Positions 17,950 to 21,677 of a stretch of 21,677 nucleotides of DNA are shown in pieces. Origin of the DNA: Candidatus Woesearchaeota archaeon (GTDB lineage: Archaea > Nanobdellota > Nanobdellia > Woesearchaeales > JAAOYA01); NCBI GenBank assembly GCA_018221105.1, contig JAAOYA010000010.1:124001-145677 (forward strand), read 5' to 3'. How positions within the stretch are numbered: position 1 is the stretch's first letter; every line of letters starts with the position of its first letter. The translations under genes were made by a program, and so were the position numbers. The notes under the pieces were generated by a model that was not told the DNA's origin, did not search any database, and saw only the letters and a program-made list of their open reading frames with translations.

Positions 17950-18741
17950 ATGCTTGAAGAATTATTAAATCCTGTTAGAGAAGTTTTTTTAGAACATCGG
18001 CCAACTTTAATGACAGATTATGGCTTGGACTTAGTAGGCTACACTTTTAAGACTATGAATCAACGATTAGAAGAGGTTGAACTTCAAGTAATGCAAGCGA
18101 ATACTTTTTGGGAAAAACTAGCGTGTCCTGACCTGCAAAGAACTAAAGACTATTTTTCTAAGACTAAAATGGCAATTGCTCAACGAAAAAAAACAATTTA
18201 TGTTAACACTGCCGATTTTAATTTATCATTATTATTTGAAGAGCCTCAAACTATTAATCAAGTAGAAGCTTATGCTTTTTGTAAAGCTGACCTTAGCCTA
18301 TCATTAATTCACGAGTGTTTTCACACTTTAATTCCAGTAATTGACACTAAAGAACAATTTACAAGCTCTGTAAGACCACCACCCACTAACAAGCTCGCAT
18401 TAGGGCGTTGGATTATAAGAGGCATATTATTAGAAAAAGCTTTAAGAAGATTACCAGTAGAAGAAGCAATTGTTGAAATGTGCACTTTGCACTACTTAGG
18501 AGAACACGCTAAAAAAACAAGAATTGCTAGCGACCAATATGATGGCTTGGAATTTATTAAAGAATCATTATTTGCCACAAAATTAGAAAACATTCTTGCA
18601 ATAACAACAAAACATTACTTAGAAGATGATGACGAGCAATCAAAAGCATTTCAAGCGCTTCACAGTGAATACGAAAATAATGGTTTTGATGCTGTGATAA
18701 ACGCCATCAAAAACCCTCAAACACTAGAAAAACTTAAATAA
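17950..18741 (+). CDS. Putative zincin metallopeptidase-like protein
   Basis: LIHECFH (HEXXH) and downstream VEEAIVE third-ligand-like helix. Confidence 0.55.
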   Translation: MLEELLNPVREVFLEHRPTLMTDYGLDLVGYTFKTMNQRLEEVELQVMQANTFWEKLACPDLQRTKDYFSKTKMAIAQRKKTIYVNTADFNLSLLFEEPQTINQVEAYAFCKADLSLSLIHECFHTLIPVIDTKEQFTSSVRPPPTNKLALGRWIIRGILLEKALRRLPVEEAIVEMCTLHYLGEHAKKTRIASDQYDGLEFIKESLFATKLENILAITTKHYLEDDDEQSKAFQALHSEYENNGFDAVINAIKNPQTLEKLK

Positions 18742-18762
18742 GTGTTTTTCAAATGTGTTATT

Positions 18763-19098
18763 ATGTTTGGCAAGCCTTGGCTTAAAAGAGATTTTAGAGC
18801 AAACACTGAGTTTGTTTTGAAAACTAAGTATGTTATCAGGCATTTGAATCATCATTACAAAGAACAAATTCTTGGCTTTAATGACGAGCGTTTTGAAAAA
18901 TGGCAGGGCAAGAAAATTGCTAGTATTCTTGAAGCAATAAAAAATGGTAAGCACTGGCAAGAATTCACACCTATTAAATTAACATTAGACCCGAAACGTG
19001 ACGTTTTCTTAGTCCATGACGGTCTTAGTCGATTGCGAGCTTTCAAACAAAAAAGAGTAAAGTACATACGAGCAACACTAACAGTAGCAGAAAGTTAA
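18763..19098 (+). CDS. Small ParB/Srx-like domain protein
   Basis: FTPIKL...FLVHDGLSRLRAF...IRA; ATG at 18763 preferred over GTG at 18742. Confidence 0.65.
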   Translation: MFGKPWLKRDFRANTEFVLKTKYVIRHLNHHYKEQILGFNDERFEKWQGKKIASILEAIKNGKHWQEFTPIKLTLDPKRDVFLVHDGLSRLRAFKQKRVKYIRATLTVAES

Positions 19099-19233
19099 AA
19101 CCACTGGACAAGTGCGCGTATAGGAATATATACTGTCCTAAACAGAAAACATTAAAAAAAATAGACAACTAACATATATAGGATCTACAAGCTATAAATT
19201 TATTTAAACTGAACAAACCATACATTTTAACAA

Positions 19234-20253
19234 ATGCTAAATACTAAAAATTGCAAAAATAAAAAAATATGTTTGGTTGATGTTGATAGTTCGATCCCTA
19301 ACCTTGCTTTAATGAAAATTTCTTCTTATTTTAAAAAAAACGGTTTCGAGGTCGATTTAAAAAAACTCAATTACTCAGGATATGACCATCATAAAAGAGA
19401 AAAAGTTACAATTGACGGCTCAGAATATGATAAAGTGTTGATTAGTTCAATCTTTACTTTGAACAAAGATATTGTAAAAGTCGAAAATTGCAGTAATGTA
19501 CATTATGGTGGAACTGCTCATGACATAAAACTAAAATTGCCAGAAAAAATTGAGCATATGTATCCAGATTATGAATTATACCCTGAAAATGAGTACAGTA
19601 TAGGATATTTGACCAGAGGCTGTATCAGAAAATGCGAATATTGTTTTATACCTGAAAAAGAAGGGTCGCTAAGAATTCATAGTTCTCTTGCTGAATTTTA
19701 TAACCCTAGTTTACCTAAAATTATGTTATTAGACAATAATTTTTTAGCAAGTAAAAAAAGCATCAGTTTGCTTAAAGAATTGAAAAAGACCGATAAAAAA
19801 ATAAGTTTTAAACAGGGGTTAGATTTTAGGCTTTTAACTCCTGAAAAAGCAAAACTTCTATCAGAATTAGATTATGATGGAGAATACATTTTTGCTTTCG
19901 ATAGGCCTCAAGATATAAAAATTATTGAAAAAAATCTGGAAATTTGGCAACCTTTAGTAAAAGATTGGCAAACAAAATTCTTTGTACTTGTAGGCTTTGA
20001 TTCAACATTAGAACAGGACTTAGACAGAGCAATGTTTTTAAAAGAAAATAAGTGCTTAGCTTATGTAATGAGACATAGTAATTGTTATGATTCAAAAGAT
20101 AGGCCCTTTTACACTGACCTTGCCTCATGGTGCAACCAACCAGGACTATTCAAAAAAATGTCTTTCAAAGAATTCATCAAAAAAAGGCACACAACAAAAA
20201 AAAGATACAACCAAACAATGAAGATAATAAAGAAGGATAAATTAGTAATTTAA
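19234..20253 (+). CDS. Radical SAM protein of a phage/island-associated type
   Basis: TRGCIRKCEYC (CxxxCxxC), N-terminal LVDVDS.IPNLALMKIS, LLDNNFLA, QGLDFRL. Confidence 0.88.
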   Translation: MLNTKNCKNKKICLVDVDSSIPNLALMKISSYFKKNGFEVDLKKLNYSGYDHHKREKVTIDGSEYDKVLISSIFTLNKDIVKVENCSNVHYGGTAHDIKLKLPEKIEHMYPDYELYPENEYSIGYLTRGCIRKCEYCFIPEKEGSLRIHSSLAEFYNPSLPKIMLLDNNFLASKKSISLLKELKKTDKKISFKQGLDFRLLTPEKAKLLSELDYDGEYIFAFDRPQDIKIIEKNLEIWQPLVKDWQTKFFVLVGFDSTLEQDLDRAMFLKENKCLAYVMRHSNCYDSKDRPFYTDLASWCNQPGLFKKMSFKEFIKKRHTTKKRYNQTMKIIKKDKLVI

Positions 20254-20255
20254 TT

Positions 20256-21677
20256 CTACATATTTCTTGGATTAAGGCCAAGACATTTTCTTATCCAACC
20301 CATACAATAATAACCGAGTCCCTTCTCTGTTTCATCTAAATCTTTTTCTCTTTCTGGGTGTTTATATTTATTCCTTATTCTTCCATAAAATTTAAATAAA
20401 ACACCCATTGAAATTTTATCTTTACCAAAAACGCTTTCAAATTCTCCCCAATTATCACTATTTTCAATTATAATCTTTAAGTGACCTGTAGAAGAATAAA
20501 TTAATTTTTTATCTGTAGTTAAATTTTCAAGCTCATCTTTTTTCCAAGGATAATCATTAATTTCTTCTTGTATTCTATCATTTATATATTTCTTAACATC
20601 TCCAGGGATTCCTTGCCTATACCATTTGTCCTTATAGAGTTCTTTAAGCTTTTTTATAATTAAAGAACGTAACTTAATCTCTGTATCATCAATTATTCTT
20701 TTTATTTTTTCATCTGATTCATTTTCAGGTGTGCCCGGGGTCCATCCTCCATTAGACCATAATTCTGCACCAAAATTTTCATCTTTAAATAATATCCAGA
20801 TTAACTTTTGAGTATTTGTATCAACTTGTCCCTTAGTGGAAGCTTTTCTGATTTGGGCTTTTTCTTCGTTAGTTTTTTTCCTTAGTGCTTTTTGTACAGA
20901 TTCAAGAGTTTGGTTTAAATCTTTTTTAAAATCTTTTAAATCTGATTTTAGGTATATATCTTCTTTACTTTTATATTTTAAGAATCTAAGATACTGTCTT
21001 AGTATTTTAAAGAAAATTCTTAATCCAACATTTGTTCTTAGAAGCCCATTCTTTCCCTTTTCCCAGTCCCCAGGTAGAAGACTACTAATTATTTCAAAAT
21101 AGTCTTTTATTCTTTTTTCCGCGAAGTTTATAGAATCATCATAATTATTATTAAACAATAATCCTTCATCTTTATGGACTAATCCGTTCTCTTTTATTGC
21201 TTCACAAATATTTGTTAATGTAAGGTTTGTTTTTTTTCTATCATTTGTTACAATTGAAGGTATTTGTATATGATTATGAAATGGTGAATCTTTATCGAAA
21301 TTTAGTTTTTTAGCTATTAGTGATATAGCTCTTAAAAGCTGGTGTTCCCCATCGTCTGACCCTTCATAAATATCGGGATACAAATCCCATAAAAGATTAT
21401 TATTCACGCTTTGTTGTTTTTTATTTATGTTAACAAATAAATTGGCTTGGTCTTTAATTTTTTGTGATTCATAAGCGATTACAGGCATTGTATGTGATGA
21501 GGCTTTATTAGATTTTGAATAACCATAGAATCTATGTTGGCCATCTATGATCCATGCACATCCATAAAATGGTGGAAATGTTAAAAGACCATATTGAATA
21601 TCACCTTTCTTATCTTTTTTTTCAAATTTTGGTTTTTGTTTTTCATTAAAACTAATTATTAAATTATTAGGAAATGA
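20256..21677 (-). CDS. DGQHR-domain (DndB-like, ParB superfamily) protein with a C-terminal Swt1-like HEPN domain; 5' end outside the window
   Basis: Frame open to the window edge: FPNNLII...WIIDGQHRFYGY (DGQHR at 21531-21545), LFVNINKKQ; C-terminal EIKLRSLI...KWY...NWGEFESVF...IRNKYKH (RxxxxH at 20358-20375). Confidence 0.85.
   Translation of the reverse strand, partial: SFPNNLIISFNEKQKPKFEKKDKKGDIQYGLLTFPPFYGCAWIIDGQHRFYGYSKSNKASSHTMPVIAYESQKIKDQANLFVNINKKQQSVNNNLLWDLYPDIYEGSDDGEHQLLRAISLIAKKLNFDKDSPFHNHIQIPSIVTNDRKKTNLTLTNICEAIKENGLVHKDEGLLFNNNYDDSINFAEKRIKDYFEIISSLLPGDWEKGKNGLLRTNVGLRIFFKILRQYLRFLKYKSKEDIYLKSDLKDFKKDLNQTLESVQKALRKKTNEEKAQIRKASTKGQVDTNTQKLIWILFKDENFGAELWSNGGWTPGTPENESDEKIKRIIDDTEIKLRSLIIKKLKELYKDKWYRQGIPGDVKKYINDRIQEEINDYPWKKDELENLTTDKKLIYSSTGHLKIIIENSDNWGEFESVFGKDKISMGVLFKFYGRIRNKYKHPEREKDLDETEKGLGYYCMGWIRKCLGLNPRNM

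Overview
AT-rich archaeal DNA, most consistent with a DPANN lineage (Woesearchaeota/Pacearchaeota-like). Evidence: gatE, BRE/TATA promoters with mostly leaderless starts, an intron-less tRNA without encoded CCA, and many Cys-rich lipobox proteins. Left part (1-4018): the right end of an integrated element carrying two PD-(D/E)XK-type nuclease genes and an orphan gene behind a long hairpin leader. It is followed by two integrase-less mini-cassettes (1025 and 389 bp) encoding envelope proteins. All three segments end in a copy of a tRNA 3' end (CTCGCCGGGGGCT, last copy followed by CCA and a T-run), and the two mini-cassettes share an identical 25-bp arm followed by a variable 5-nt spacer. This tRNA-anchored cassette array is the most interesting feature. 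Middle (5.5-16.3 kb): P-type ATPase, an unannotated 50-aa membrane ORF coupled to adk, truD, tRNA-Arg(CCT), an alpha/beta hydrolase, a frameshifted receiver-like gene, a short GatE apparently lacking the AspRS-like insertion, and lipoproteins. Right (16.4-21.7 kb): GH130-like protein, HEXXH protein, ParB-like protein, radical SAM protein and a DGQHR + HEPN protein truncated by the window edge. All calls come from motif recognition by eye; no searches were run.
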